The notes: a model not told the origin generated them from the letters alone. A DNA stretch of 64,000 nucleotides from Octopus bimaculoides (GCF_001194135.2 NC_068983.1:42664041-42728040), one strand, 5' to 3'. Shown: positions 1 through 11,689, counted from the stretch's first letter. Made by a program: numbers and translations.

Positions 1-465
1 CCCATAAAACTCAACAATATTGTTAAAAATGGAGAAGAGATGTTGAAATTTAAGAGAATTTTAATTCATGCAAACAATCATTTCGAACAGAGGTATTAAA
101 ATCATGCAAATTCATGGCTGAATAGAAATAAATTAATTAATTATATATCACTGTTCTCTTCAGTGCAAGAAGTAGAAACAAAAGATTATTAGAAAGGACT
201 TCGTAAAGGAAATAGAGTATAATTTCGGATATCCATATTTGTCCTTATGAGAAAGAAATAAAAAATGTGAGTCTAGTTAGGTATAAACTAAAACTAACTC
301 GACTCGTATTTCTTTCTTAATTTGATTAATTCAATTATTTCGATTCAACCATTAATTTGCATGATTTTAATATTGCTTTTCAACATGATTGTTTGCAAGA
401 ATTAAAATTCTCTTAAATTTTAACATCTCTTCTCCATTTCTAACAAATTTGTTGAGTTTTATGGG
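1..465. mobile_element. Foldback/MITE-like element with long inverted arms, truncated by the window edge
   Basis: 1-~141 is the imperfect reverse complement of ~319-465 (cccataaaactcaacaa.. / ..ttgttgagttttatggg); inner hairpin at ~250-320. Confidence 0.75.
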
Positions 466-529
466 ATTCCTTTCCATAAATTCACATAACACACCATATA
501 TATAAATATATATATGTACTCATATGCAC

Positions 530-780
530 ACATGTGAAGGTGCATGGACAAGTGGTCAGTGGTGTTGCACTCATGAACATAAGATCATGGTTTCGATTTC
601 TGGACCAGGCAGCATGTTGTCTTAAACAGAACACTCCATTTCCTGTTACTCCAGTCAACTATTCCAATCAGGGTCAATGTTGGCCTGCCTGGCTAGCAAG
701 CAGGGTGGCATCATTAGAAAGCTACAACAATGCAAAGCGCATTGTGATCAGTGATGTAACATCTAATAGTTTGGCTGACA
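530..780 (+). mobile_element. tRNA-headed SINE, family E, decayed
   Basis: Head gtgaaggtgcatgg..agtggt with B-box-like ggtttcgatttc; same head at 39690 (minus) and 23710. Confidence 0.6.
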
Positions 781-1089
781 CCATGACATACACATACATT
801 CTAACTGTAAACTTGCTATATTTTTCTTCATTTTTTTTTTAATAAATACAGTAATATATAAGACCATTTTATGTGCCCTTCCTTTTTCATGACAGTAGGT
901 GGTAATTAAAAATTTGGCTGCAATTTCTAGCAAGACAAGTGACCTTATAGAAACTTCCGCATTAACTCATTTATTTCATCAAAGTATCATAGGTTCTACC
1001 ATCATTATCTTATGTCCATGTTTTATGCTTGCAAGGATTGAACTGGTCATCACTAACACAGCATCTTCTCTGTTTGATGTAATTCTTTG

Positions 1090-1450
1090 CTGTCCCTTTT
1101 CCTGAGATCACCCTTCATTACTACTTCCCATTTCTCCCTGGGTTTCTCCAAAGGCCCCTTCTACTCATCCACCCAACTAACTACCTCTTTACACCACTAT
1201 CATGTCCATACAACTGTAGTCTTCTCTTTTCCACATTTATCCAATTCCTTCATTACCAATTTTTCTCTCCAGTATTTATTTATACACATTAACATTTCAC
1301 ATCCAGCAGAGCAAGCTCACTTCATTTCTTTCCACCTTCCATTTATCTTCCACAAAACCCATACTCCACTTCCATGCACCATGACTTCCCACAAAAACAT
1401 TTTATTCATTGCTCAGAGAGAGAATCCTCCAGTTGCCACCAGAGTCAAAA
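1090..1450 (-). mobile_element. Decayed RTE-clade LINE RT C-terminal fragment
   Basis: Minus strand shows remnants of the RTE motifs LRWMCNV and RRLQLYGH (consensus RRLxWYGHV), with stops and frameshifts. Confidence 0.6.
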
Positions 1451-1618
1451 GCTCTGTTCTAACAATTATGCTTCTGACTCCTGAGGTTCTATATTAGATT
1501 TTGTGGGGTCCACACAAGCAAAACAGTACAATGGGGGCTCACAGTAGTATTTTAGGGGCTAATGAAAACAATTTTGCTTTAGATGTGTATCTCCTGTAAG
1601 AAACAACCACGTTTCATA

Positions 1619-2285
1619 ATCATTGTCGTCATTTAATGTCCGCTTTCCATGCTGGCATGGGTTGGACAGTCTGACAGAGCTGGCAAGCCAGAAGGCTGCA
1701 CCAGGCTCCAATCTAATTTGGCAAGGTTTCTACAGCTGGATGCCCTTCCTGATGCCAACCACTCCAAGAGTGTAGTGGGTGCTTTTTACATACCACCGGC
1801 ATGAGGGCCAGTCAAGCGGTACTGGCATTGACCATGCTTGAATGGTGCTTTTTACATGCCACCGGCATGGGAGCCAGTCAGGCAGTGCTGGCAACGATCA
1901 AGCTTGAATAGTGATTTTAACCAGCAAAGAACCCATCATGTGGCACTGGCATCGACCATACTCAAATGGGGCTTTTTGCATGCCACCGGCACAGGAGCCA
2001 GTCAGGCAGCACTGGCAACAATCACACTCGAATGGTGCCTTTTACGTGCCACCGGCACGGGTGCCAATCAGGAGGTGCTGTCATCGGCTACGACAATGAT
2101 TTCACTTGCCTCAACAGGTCTTTGCAAGTGCTGTTTATTGCCCAATGATTGAAGGGTACTCTTAAATGGGTCGGTTATGCTGCACTGGCATAGGCCACAG
2201 TAACGGTCTCACTTGGCTTGCTGAGTCTTCTCAAGCACTGCATATCTCCAAAGATCTTGGTCGCCTGTCATCACCTTAGTGAGGG
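1619..2285 (-). mobile_element. 5'-truncated RTE LINE 3' end: ORF end, five 66-bp units and (GAT)n tail
   Basis: Minus ORF remnant ..MTGDQDLWRYAVLEKT at ~2230-2285; units start at 1779, 1845, 1911, ~1969 and 2035; conserved ggttggc.ttaggaagggcatccagc tail. Confidence 0.8.
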
Positions 2286-2436
2286 TTTCTTTCTTTACTC
2301 TACATAGTTCAACAGGTTTCCAACCACTGAAACCCGTTCCCAAAGAGAACGTTGTTGCAAACTTCCACAAGTGAATCGGTGAAAAACAAAATAGGAATTG
2401 TAAAACAAGTGTCTATAACTCATTTCTTTTTTTATT

Positions 2437-2829
2437 CTATTTGTTTCAGTCATTTGACTGCTGCCATGCTGGAGCACTGGCTTTACTCGAACAAATTGAC
2501 CCCAGGACTTATTTTTTGTAAGCCCAGTACTTATTCTATCAGTCTCTTTTGCTGAACCACCAAGTTGCAGTGATGTAAACACACCATCATTGGTTGTCAA
2601 GTGATGGTGGGGGGACAAACACAGACATAAATACATGTATGAACACACACTGACACACATATATACGACAGGCTTCTTTCAGTTTCCATCTACCAAATCC
2701 ATTCACAAGACTTTGGTCAGCCCCAGGATATAGTAAAAGACACTTACTCAAGGTGCCATGCAGTGGTACTCAATGCAGAACCATGTAGTTGGGAAGCAAG
2801 CTTCTTACCACACAGCCACTCCTGTGCCT
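2437..2829 (-). mobile_element. tRNA-headed SINE, family B
   Basis: Head gtggctgtgtggtaag.agcttgct, ccttgggcaagt core, tail ggccgcagtcaaatgactgaaac; more than 20 copies in the window. Confidence 0.85.
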
Positions 2830-2994
2830 CTAAGACTAATTTTTAAATATTAGTCATGCAGGGATCCAACAGGTAGAAAAAGGGAATCAAAGAGGTCCAC
2901 AGGTAAAACAGGATTGAGAACCACTGTTCTTGAATATCCAACTCCAAACTTAATTAGTTAACTACTTCTAGGGAGCTCTTAAGTGTAAGAAAAA

Positions 2995-3650
2995 TATTTA
3001 ACCTTCCTCTTTTTACCATATTTCTAGAGAGCGCTTTTAAGTATAAAAGAAATATTTAACCTTTTGTTTTTTACCATATTTCTATTAAAATATAAACACT
3101 GCATTTATTTCTATAAATTTTGAAAATAACAAATTTAGTAAAATAATTTTGTCATGATTAAGTTGGTGTTGAGATTATAAATTAATGTGGAACTTTTGAT
3201 GGGAAATTTAAATTTACATCACTTTATTTCTTTTTTGTTACCATATTTTTATTAAAATACACTGTCTTTATTACAATTAATTTATAAAATATGAAGACTG
3301 TAGGGAAATAACTTTGCTGTTATTAATCTCGTATATGAAACAGAACATGAACTTTGGTAGGAGTTTTCAATTTAGATCACTTTAACCCTATTTTTCACCA
3401 TATTTTTCATCTAGATCTCTTTAACTCTTTTGTTAGTACATTCTTAGTGAATACACTGCCTTGTTTCAATTAATTTTTTGAAAGTAAGAATTTAGTAAAA
3501 TAATTATTTCATTACTAAGTTAATGCTAGGAATGTTGAAACAATGTTTTGAAAATTTCAGACGGTTTAAATTTAATCATTTTAAAAGCAGAAGTTTAAAT
3601 TACAGAACTAGGGGTAGCCTCAGGTGGACTGGTATCAAAAGGGTTAGCGG
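2995..3650 (-). mobile_element. piggyBac-type (TTAA) MITE with a tandemly reiterated arm
   Basis: About 4-5 repeats of ttaaccc..tt.ttaccatatttct..; ends ggtatcaaaagggtta; same family as 38234-38451. Confidence 0.6.
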
Positions 3651-3699
3651 ATCCACATGCTACTGATTAGTTATGCATATCTCCAACATACGAGGTTTC

Positions 3700-3970
3700 T
3701 TCCCAGCCAGGCTGTCTGTGGTCCCATTGCACTTCTAACCAAGTTTCCATTATGTATAAGTTACTGAAAGTACGACATGCTCCACATCCCAAACTGGATG
3801 CCAGTTCATTGCAGAGTTAAATTCTGAGCATTCGCTGGGACTTATTTACAGCCTACTGGTCTGGAGCAAATATGGAGTGAAGTGTTTTGCTCAAGAACAG
3901 AATGCACTGCATGGTCCAGGAACCAAAACCATCATTACACAACACCCTAGCCACTAAACCACATGCCTTC
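3700..3970 (-). mobile_element. SINE family E, decayed
   Basis: ggagcaaatatggagtgaagtgttttgctcaagaaca..ccctagccactaaacc matches the other family E copies. Confidence 0.6.
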
Positions 3971-4019
3971 AATTATATGTAGATATATATATATTTGTGA
4001 ATATATATATATAATTGCA

Positions 4020-4150
4020 AAAGAGGACAACAAACATTAAGGCAAGGCAAACATATACATTATTATTGGAAAAAAATTCAAAGCCATACAGCTGTTTCTG
4101 GAATATCCCAGAGTATGACAGAAACAAGTAAAAGACAAAACAAACAAAAA
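4020..4150 (-). mobile_element. Penelope-like non-autonomous remnant with a broken hammerhead core
   Basis: Minus ctctg-GGAtatTCC-a-GAAACAGCTGTA: stem II and palindromic stem III present, CUGAnGA box deleted. Confidence 0.35.
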
Positions 4151-4171
4151 AAGAACTGAATGCATTCTTTT

Positions 4172-4545
4172 ATTCGTTTCAGTCATTTGACTGTGGCCAT
4201 GCTGGGGCACCACCTTTAGTCAAGCAAATCAACCCCAGGACTTATTCTTTGTAAGGCTAGTACTTATCCTATTGATACCTTTTGCTGAACCACTAGGTTA
4301 CGGGGACGTAAACACACTAGCATTGATTGCCAAGTGATGTTAGGGGGACAAACATAGACACACAAACATATACATACATATATACACATATATATTTATA
4401 CGACAGGCCTCTTTCAGTTTCTGTCTACCAAATTCAGCCTGAGGCTATAGTAGAAGACACCTGTCCAAGGTGCCACACAGTGGGACTGAACCCGGAACCA
4501 TGTGGTTAGTAAACAAGCTACTTACCACACAGCCACTCCTACGCA
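4172..4545 (-). mobile_element. SINE family B
   Basis: Full head, internal microsatellite and tail. Confidence 0.85.
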
Positions 4546-4884
4546 TGTGTATAATACTTGTCTATGTCTTGCCTGTTCTCATGTCTCTGTACACTCACAC
4601 TCCTACTATACCTGGCCATATGTGTGTGTATAAAGCTACATCAATAAAACAATTGACAAATCACTCCACCAGGAATATGATAAAAATACAAATTAATGCT
4701 GACTATCCTCACCTGTTAGTTGAAGGGTTAGAGTACATTAAGTCATTATTGTTTCTCATGATAAACAAACAAGTAATTTATGCGATATATCAACGGTTTT
4801 CCCTGTTGTCTTTTTTTTATAACCATTCTGTGCTGTGCAACACATCAGTGCATCAATGCCAGCCATATTCTGTAGGTTCTCCTC

Positions 4885-5400
4885 CTCTTCCACCTCATCA
4901 TCATCATTTAGCGTCCATTGACCCTGCTGGCATGGGTTGGACAGCTTGACCAGGACTATAAGCTGGAAGGCTGCACCAGACTCCAGTCTGATTTGGTATG
5001 GTTTTCTATGGCTAGATACCCTTCCTAACACCAACCACTCTGAAAGTGTAATGGGTGCTTCTATGTGCCACCAGCATGGGTGCCATTTGCATGACACCAA
5101 TGGCTTTGCTCAGCTTGATGGATCTTCTCAAGCACAACATAATGACAAAGGTCTCAGTCATTGCTCCTATGAGGCCCAACACTCAAAAGGAACTCAACCA
5201 CTTTGCCTCCATGAAGCCCAATGCTTGAAAAGAACTCGGCCTAGTTCCCTCTATGAGACCCAGTGCTTGAAAAGAACTCGGCCACTTTGCCTCTGTGAAG
5301 CCCAATGCTTGAAAGGGACTCAGCCACCTTGCCTCTGTGAGGCCCAGTGCTCGAAAGGAACTCAGCCACTTTGCCTCGGTGAAGCCCAGCGCTTGGCTGT
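4885..5400 (-). mobile_element. RTE LINE 3' end with a 42-bp tandem expansion of the ORF end
   Basis: Family tail at 4885-5060; tgaRRccc anchors at 5170, 5212, 5254, 5296, 5338 and 5380. Confidence 0.8.
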
Positions 5401-5543
5401 GGATAGTTTTTTGGAACATGTGAGATTGCTGGCTTCTAGTCCAACCTGCTGCCATGTTTTGGAGGAATGGAACTCTGTGACTGGTTCTGACAACTCTCAC
5501 ACAACACAGCATAGCTGACTCAGAGAGAGGTGGGGAGACAGGC

Positions 5544-5544
<1 letters not shown>

Positions 5545-5590
<46 letters not shown>
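5545..5590. repeat. (GA)n microsatellite in a purine-rich tract
   Basis: Seen directly. Confidence 0.95.
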
Positions 5591-5879
5591 GAGGAATGGG
5601 GAAGCACAGACAAAGACGAAGGTGAGAAAGACAGAGTGGCAGAGAGGTGGGTAGGGACAGTGAGAGAGAGAGAATAAGAAAGCAGAATCGATCCCCAATA
5701 TTTGACTGGTTCTTTACCGACCCCTGAAGGGTGGAAAGTGAAGCTGTCCTTGACAGAACTTGAACTCAGAATGTAAACAACCAAAACAATTGCAACAAGG
5801 CATTTATCTGGCACTCCTAGTCCTATCAACAGTCTGCCTTAATTATCAATTACAATTATCATTAAACATCAATAATTAC

Positions 5880-6350
5880 AAACAAATGTGGATGTGTGCA
5901 AGTGTATGTGCGCATGAGTATGCATGTATGTGTGAGTATGCATATATACATATGAGCATGTGCATACATATGCATATGAATATACATGTGAGTATACATG
6001 CGTGCATGAGATTTTGTGTATGTGTGCGCGAGTATAAATGTATGTGTGGGTAGGTATGTGCATGCGTGTGAGTATACCAATATATGTCTATGCCTATGAA
6101 TATGCATGTGTGTGCCTGCATGTGTATGTGAATGCATGTGAGTCAGTGTCTGTCTGTGTGAGAGCACGTGTGTCTGCATGTAAATGCATGTGAGTTTGTG
6201 CTTGTAAGTGAGAGTGTGTGTATGTAGGAGTATGCATGTGTGTGAGACAATGTGTACATGTATGCATGTGAATGCTTGTGTTTTTGTGCCTGAATGTGTG
6301 AGAGCTTGAGTATGTATGTGTGTGTATGCATGTGGATGCACGTGCATGCA
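5880..6350. repeat. Degenerate (TG)n/(TATG)n low-complexity array
   Basis: Alternating purine-pyrimidine tract; source of the His/Thr/Met/Cys-rich pseudo-ORFs. Confidence 0.9.
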
Positions 6351-6844
6351 GCAAAATATGCACCCTCAGCCTGGCAAAGACTGATGCCAACAACTGTTTT
6401 AACAACAACAAAAACATTTCATGGAAAAAAAAAAAAAAATAATAATAATAATCCTAATAAATCAAAGACAGACAATGCCAGCATTTCATAAAACTAACTC
6501 CAAGGAGAGTAAACACACGCATACAATCACACACACACACACACACACACAGAGGCATTTGCACACACGTGCATGCACATGCACACAAACGTGTGTGCAC
6601 AGAAGGAAAGAAGAGCAAGCGCTACAGTTACTATGGCATTTCTGAAGATGGTAAAATATCACATTATCGTGTCTGGCAGTAGTCTGTTCGTCCTTGACCA
6701 ATACACTGTTGTCTCGCGGAAGTCAAACTTGAAGAAAAATATTGACATAAACTTGCTATAATGAAGCTAGTTGGTCTATTGCTAATTGATGGTGGTGGTG
6801 GTGGTGGTGGTGATGGTTTGCTGATTGTTCCCTTCACTACTTAC

Positions 6845-6887
6845 AATGTCAAATGTCTTAATCCGTCATTTAAATAATACAGATTCA
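6845..6887 (-). CDS. Candidate internal exon (43 nt, xNLYYLNDGLRHLTx) of an unidentified gene
   Basis: ggtatttag acceptor and ATT|GTAAGT donor; one open frame; no recognisable homology. Confidence 0.25.
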
Positions 6888-6959
6888 CTAAATACCATAC
6901 AGGATTAGAAGAATAATAATAACAACAACAATAATCATCATTTTTATTATTATTATTGT

Positions 6960-7395
6960 ATCTAAGGCAGTGAGAGCTGGGTGAAATGAAAGTGCACCAG
7001 ACCAAATACTTCGTAGCATTTCGTCTGTCACATTCTGAGTTCAAATTCCACTGGGTTGACTTTGTCTTTCTTCCTTTTGGGGGTTAATTAAACAAGAACC
7101 AGCTGAGTACTAGGGGTTGATATAAGCAATTTTTCCCCTGCCCCGGAATTGCAGGCCTTGTACCAAAAATTGAAATCATTATCATGGTGAGCTGGCAGAA
7201 TTGTTAGCACGCTGGACAAAATGCTTCACAGCGTTTCATCCATTTATATGTTCTCAGTTCAAATTTTGCCGAGGTCGACTTTGTTTTTATCCTCTGGAGG
7301 TTGATAAAATAAATTCTAGCTGATTACTGGGGTCAATGTAATCAACTAAACCTTTCTCCCAGAATCCCAGGCCTTGTGCCTATACCAGAAAGGGT
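6960..7395 (+). mobile_element. Two tandem SINE family C copies
   Basis: Head ggcag.gagctggcagaa..ttagca, B-box gagttcaaattcc, body gtcgactttgcctttcatcctttcggggtcgat. Confidence 0.8.
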
Positions 7396-7857
7396 TTTTA
7401 TTATATCTTCTAGCAAATTTNNNNNNNNNNNNNNNNNNNNNNNNNNNNNNNNNNNNNNNNNNNNNNNNNNNNNNNNNNNNNNNNNNNNNNNNNNNNNNNN
7501 NNNNNNNNNNNNNNNNNNNNNNNNNNNNNNNNNNNNNNAGCAAATTTATTGAAAGGTGGGTGGATGTTGGAAAAATGGCCAGTGTGAATGTACCAATTCT
7601 GAGAATACACCTCTAGAAAGAACAAAAAGGGCTCTTGCCCTGCTGATCAGGCACCTGTACCGTTTGTGGGTTTTTCCACAAGTAGCCTTAAAACACCTCC
7701 CTCTATTGAGAGATTTTTTTTTCTTCTTATTTTGTTTACATGTTCTAAAACCCTTTATATCGTCCTGTTTTGTCATTTCATGTTGCTTTCATATTAGCCC
7801 TTGTGGCCAATAAAAGAATTAATTATTATTATTATTATTATTATTACTATTATAATC

Positions 7858-8040
7858 TAAGGCAGCAAGCATGCAGAATCGCTAGCATCTGGTCCATCTT
7901 TGTGTCCCGAGTTCTGCCAATGTTGACTTTGCCCTTCGTTCTTTCAGGGTTGATCAAATAAGTTCCAGTTTAAACCTTGGGGTGAATGTAATTGGCTAGC
8001 CCGTCCCCCAAAATTTCAGGTCTTGTGCATTTAATAGAAA
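7858..8040 (+). mobile_element. SINE family C following a (TAT)n tract
   Basis: Family match. Confidence 0.75.
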
Positions 8041-8249
8041 TACTATATTAGATACACACAATTTCAGCATATTCACTAAAAAAGTTTTTAGTGCATCGAA
8101 CCATTTGATATTGGCCCTGACTTTACATATGGGACCTAGGGTGATCTTCAAAATGTATTTGCTTTATGACACCACATAAAAAAAACCTGTGCTGGCGCTA
8201 TGTAAAATGGCCAACAAGTTCGGTGGTTGAGGAAAGTCAATTACAGAGA

Positions 8250-8630
8250 CCACAGTGCTCAACTGGTTCTTATTTTATTAATTGCGAAAGGATGAAAGGC
8301 AAAGTCGACCTCAGCAGGAACAGTCCTCCAGCTTTCCAACTCTGGTCAAACCGTCCAACTCATGCCAGCATAGAAAACAAACATTCAATGAATGATAGTG
8401 ATAATAATAGTAATGATAATAATGATTTCAAATTTTGGCACAAAGCCAGCAATTTTGAGAGAGGGGTAAGTCGATTACATCGAACCCCAGTACTGAACTG
8501 GTACTTATTTTATGATGAAAGACTAAGTCAGCCACGACAGAATTTGAACTCAAAACATGGAAACGGAAAAAATGCTGCCAAGCATTTCGCCTGGGATGCT
8601 AACAATCTTGCCAGCTCTCCACCTTAAAGA
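8250..8630 (-). mobile_element. SINE family C (one full copy and one partial)
   Basis: Family match. Confidence 0.75.
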
Positions 8631-8941
8631 AAAAATAAAAATAAAAAATGAAAAGTAATAAAAATGATAATAAATCATACATGACACATGCAGAAATAAA
8701 TGACATGTAACTTGCTCTGTAGAGATGAAAATCCTACACGGAACATGCATCTTAAAAGAATAATGATAAAGAAATAAAGTAAAATGAAGAAAAAGAAAGA
8801 AAATAACAGAACGATATTCAGGAAAAAATTTTTTTTTTTTTTTGAAAACAAGTTTTTACAAGGAATTTGGTTTTTCAAACACTAGTCTCAGATGGAACAA
8901 AAAAGCATCTACCACGGAGATTTGGGTTGCACCTAACTTAC

Positions 8942-8989
8942 CTTATGCAGTTTATGCAGAGTGTTTAACTCCGGCAGATCAAAATGCAC
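8942..8989 (-). CDS. Candidate internal exon (48 nt, phase 0-0, VHFDLPELNTLHKLHK) of an unidentified gene
   Basis: Pyrimidine tract ttctctttctgtgtttggcaatcctag and perfect AAG|GTAAGT donor; only phase 0 is open. Confidence 0.45.
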
Positions 8990-9631
8990 CTAGGATTGCC
9001 AAACACAGAAAGAGAACAAAAAAGACAGCGGATTATGAACAAAAAAAAGGAACCAAATGTTTTTTTTTTTAAATCAAGGGAAGTTCTGGAATGTACCTAA
9101 AACAGTTAACTTCTAAAAATAAAAATAAAAACCCAATGCTTCCAATGAATCAAGCTGTATTTTAGCTGGATATTTATATTTTATAATTTAAAAAATTAAA
9201 CAAAGAAAAAATTTGGAAGATCTCTAATTTAGATAATGCTAAAATACTCAATGTAAATTAATTCAAATTCTATGCATTAAAAAAATCCATCTCAAACTGT
9301 ATTTAGGCTAAAGCACTAAGGAAGGTCTTTCTATATATCTATCTAACTATCTATAAACGTTTATATAAATTCAAAAGGTGGGCTGGAAAGCACATGGTAC
9401 TGAATGATTGGTTCCACATTATTCACATGCTTGACGTGGTTTGACCACAACCTTCCTAACTCGATAGGGTAGTGTGTGTGTAGTTGGTGTACTATAATGA
9501 AAAGAAACCTAGAAATAATGCTGACGAAGGATGTCAGCTGCATCTGTTGTATAACAGGGCCTCTAGGCTTATGTCATTTACAGTGGCTGGCTTTCTGAAA
9601 CGTGTGCACATAATGTAAAGCACAGGGGTGG

Positions 9632-10085
<454 letters not shown>

Positions 10086-10097
10086 TAAATATATATA

Positions 10098-10295
10098 TCA
10101 TCATCGTCGTTTAACGTCCGCTTTCCATGCTAGCATGGATTGGACGATTTGACTGAATGACTGGTGAAACCAGATGGCTACACCAGGCTCCAATCTGATT
10201 TGGCAGAGTTTCTACAGCTGGATGCCCTTCCTAACGCCAACCACTCCGAGAGTGTAGTAGGTGCTTTTATGAGCCACCGGCACGAAGGCCAGTCA
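10098..10295 (-). mobile_element. RTE 3' tail, young (CpGs retained)
   Basis: catcatcgtcgtttaacgtccgctttccatgc.. Confidence 0.85.
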
Positions 10296-10351
10296 GATAT
10301 ATATATATATATATATACTTTCTTTTAAGAAACTTTTAAATCCTTATTTAA

Positions 10352-11062
10352 CCCTTTAGCACAGTTGTCTCCTACCTTTTTTATACCATGGACCAGTTTC
10401 ATGCTGGGCAATCTTTCCATGGACAGGTGGCAGCACATATGTGTAATTGAAGTGCATTTCAATAAAGAGGACAATGATAAAAAGAGCAATTTATTAAAAG
10501 GAAGAATTTGTGTATAATCTTTTGACTCTCATGTCTGGGCTCCAGCCTGGCCATACACCAGCATGCTTAGTTTCCCTGAATCAATGCCTATTACACTACT
10601 ATCACTTCAATATCAACTCACCATCATGTAGAATCAGTGGGAGCCCTTAGTTTGCTTCCATGCAACTGGGCATTCCCATCTGGGAGTAACGGGAGACAAT
10701 GACACTCAAAATAGGTTCTTTATGTCTAGTTTATTTCGTAATTTTGTTTTGGTTATTGCCAGTGCAGAAAACCCTGCTTATTTATGTGGCCCAGGAACAA
10801 ATGATCCATGGACCAGTACTGATCCGCAGCCCAGTGGTTGGGGACCTCTGCTTTAGCGCTCAAATTACTCTGACAAATGTAAAGGTTATTTACGCATATT
10901 ATTTTGAATTAATCATGTTTTAAGTCATAGATTTGATATTTTGATGGTGCTATATTTAGAATGACATTGTAGAGTAGGTGAGAGAGACTAGATCTGGCCA
11001 GTGTGAACATAAAACAGCAGGTATATTTGGGTCGGATATGGCCCAGATGAAATGCTGAGTGG
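10352..11062. mobile_element. piggyBac-type MITE (host) interrupted by a hAT element
   Basis: TTAA at 10348-51 and 11063-66; ends CCCTTTAGC../..atgctgagtgg; intact relative at 44804-45021. Confidence 0.7.
10362..10850 (-). mobile_element. hAT/Charlie non-autonomous element, MER1A-like (489 bp)
   Basis: TIRs cagttgtctcctacc / ggttggggacctctg; 8-bp TSD ctttagca/ctttagcg; minus-strand remnant LSPVTPRWECPVAWKQTKGSH* resembles the Charlie transposase C-terminus. Confidence 0.8.
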
Positions 11063-11530
11063 TTAAACTGTTAGCTTAAATTCTTATGATAAAAATCATG
11101 AAGAGGAAATACAGTTCTAAATGCCTCAAGAAGTTCTATGGCTCACAACATCATTTTATGTTCAGCAATAAAACAATGAGCAAATGCGTGAGAAATGTCA
11201 TCCTTAAAAATCTAGTGCCTATTCCTAACTACAAGGTGGAATCAGAGTCATTTCTAAACACAAGAGAAAAATTAGTACACAGAATCACCATTGTCATTAT
11301 CTTCTTTTAATGCCCATCTTTCATACTGGAAGACGATAGTTTGAGAGGATCCAACAGGTTGGAGGACTACATCATGCACAAACGTGTGCTTTGGTATAGT
11401 TCCTGCGGTTTAATGTATTTCCTAACACAAACCACTTTGCACAATACTGGGTGGTTTTATTTATAGTCCACCACTAGTTACATCACCATGTCACTGGCAA
11501 CCTGCAATCCCCTTCAAATGAGACTAGAGA

Positions 11531-11570
<40 letters not shown>

Positions 11571-11689
11571 NNNNNNNNNNNNNNNNNNNNNNNNNNNNNN
11601 NNNNNNNNNNNNNNNNNNNNNNNNNNNNNNNNNNNNNNNNNNNNNNNNNNNNNNNNNNNNNNNNNNNNNNNNNNNNNNNNNNNNNNNNN

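Noticed and set aside
1779-2110. CRISPR-like array (regular palindromic repeats)
   Set aside because: Eukaryotic context, whole units are homologous with no unique spacers, no cas genes, and it is embedded in RTE 3' ends.
1838-2152. ORFs such as MNGAFYMPPAWEPVRQ.. and MLFMCHRHRSQSG.. recurring across the window
   Set aside because: They arise because the 66-bp unit is a multiple of 3; they are repeat translations open on both strands.
5862-6417. Overlapping His/Thr/Cys/Met-rich ORFs (also 9727-9975, 46410-46979 and 59226-60088)
   Set aside because: Translations of (CA)n, (TA)n and (GA)n microsatellites or of N-gaps.
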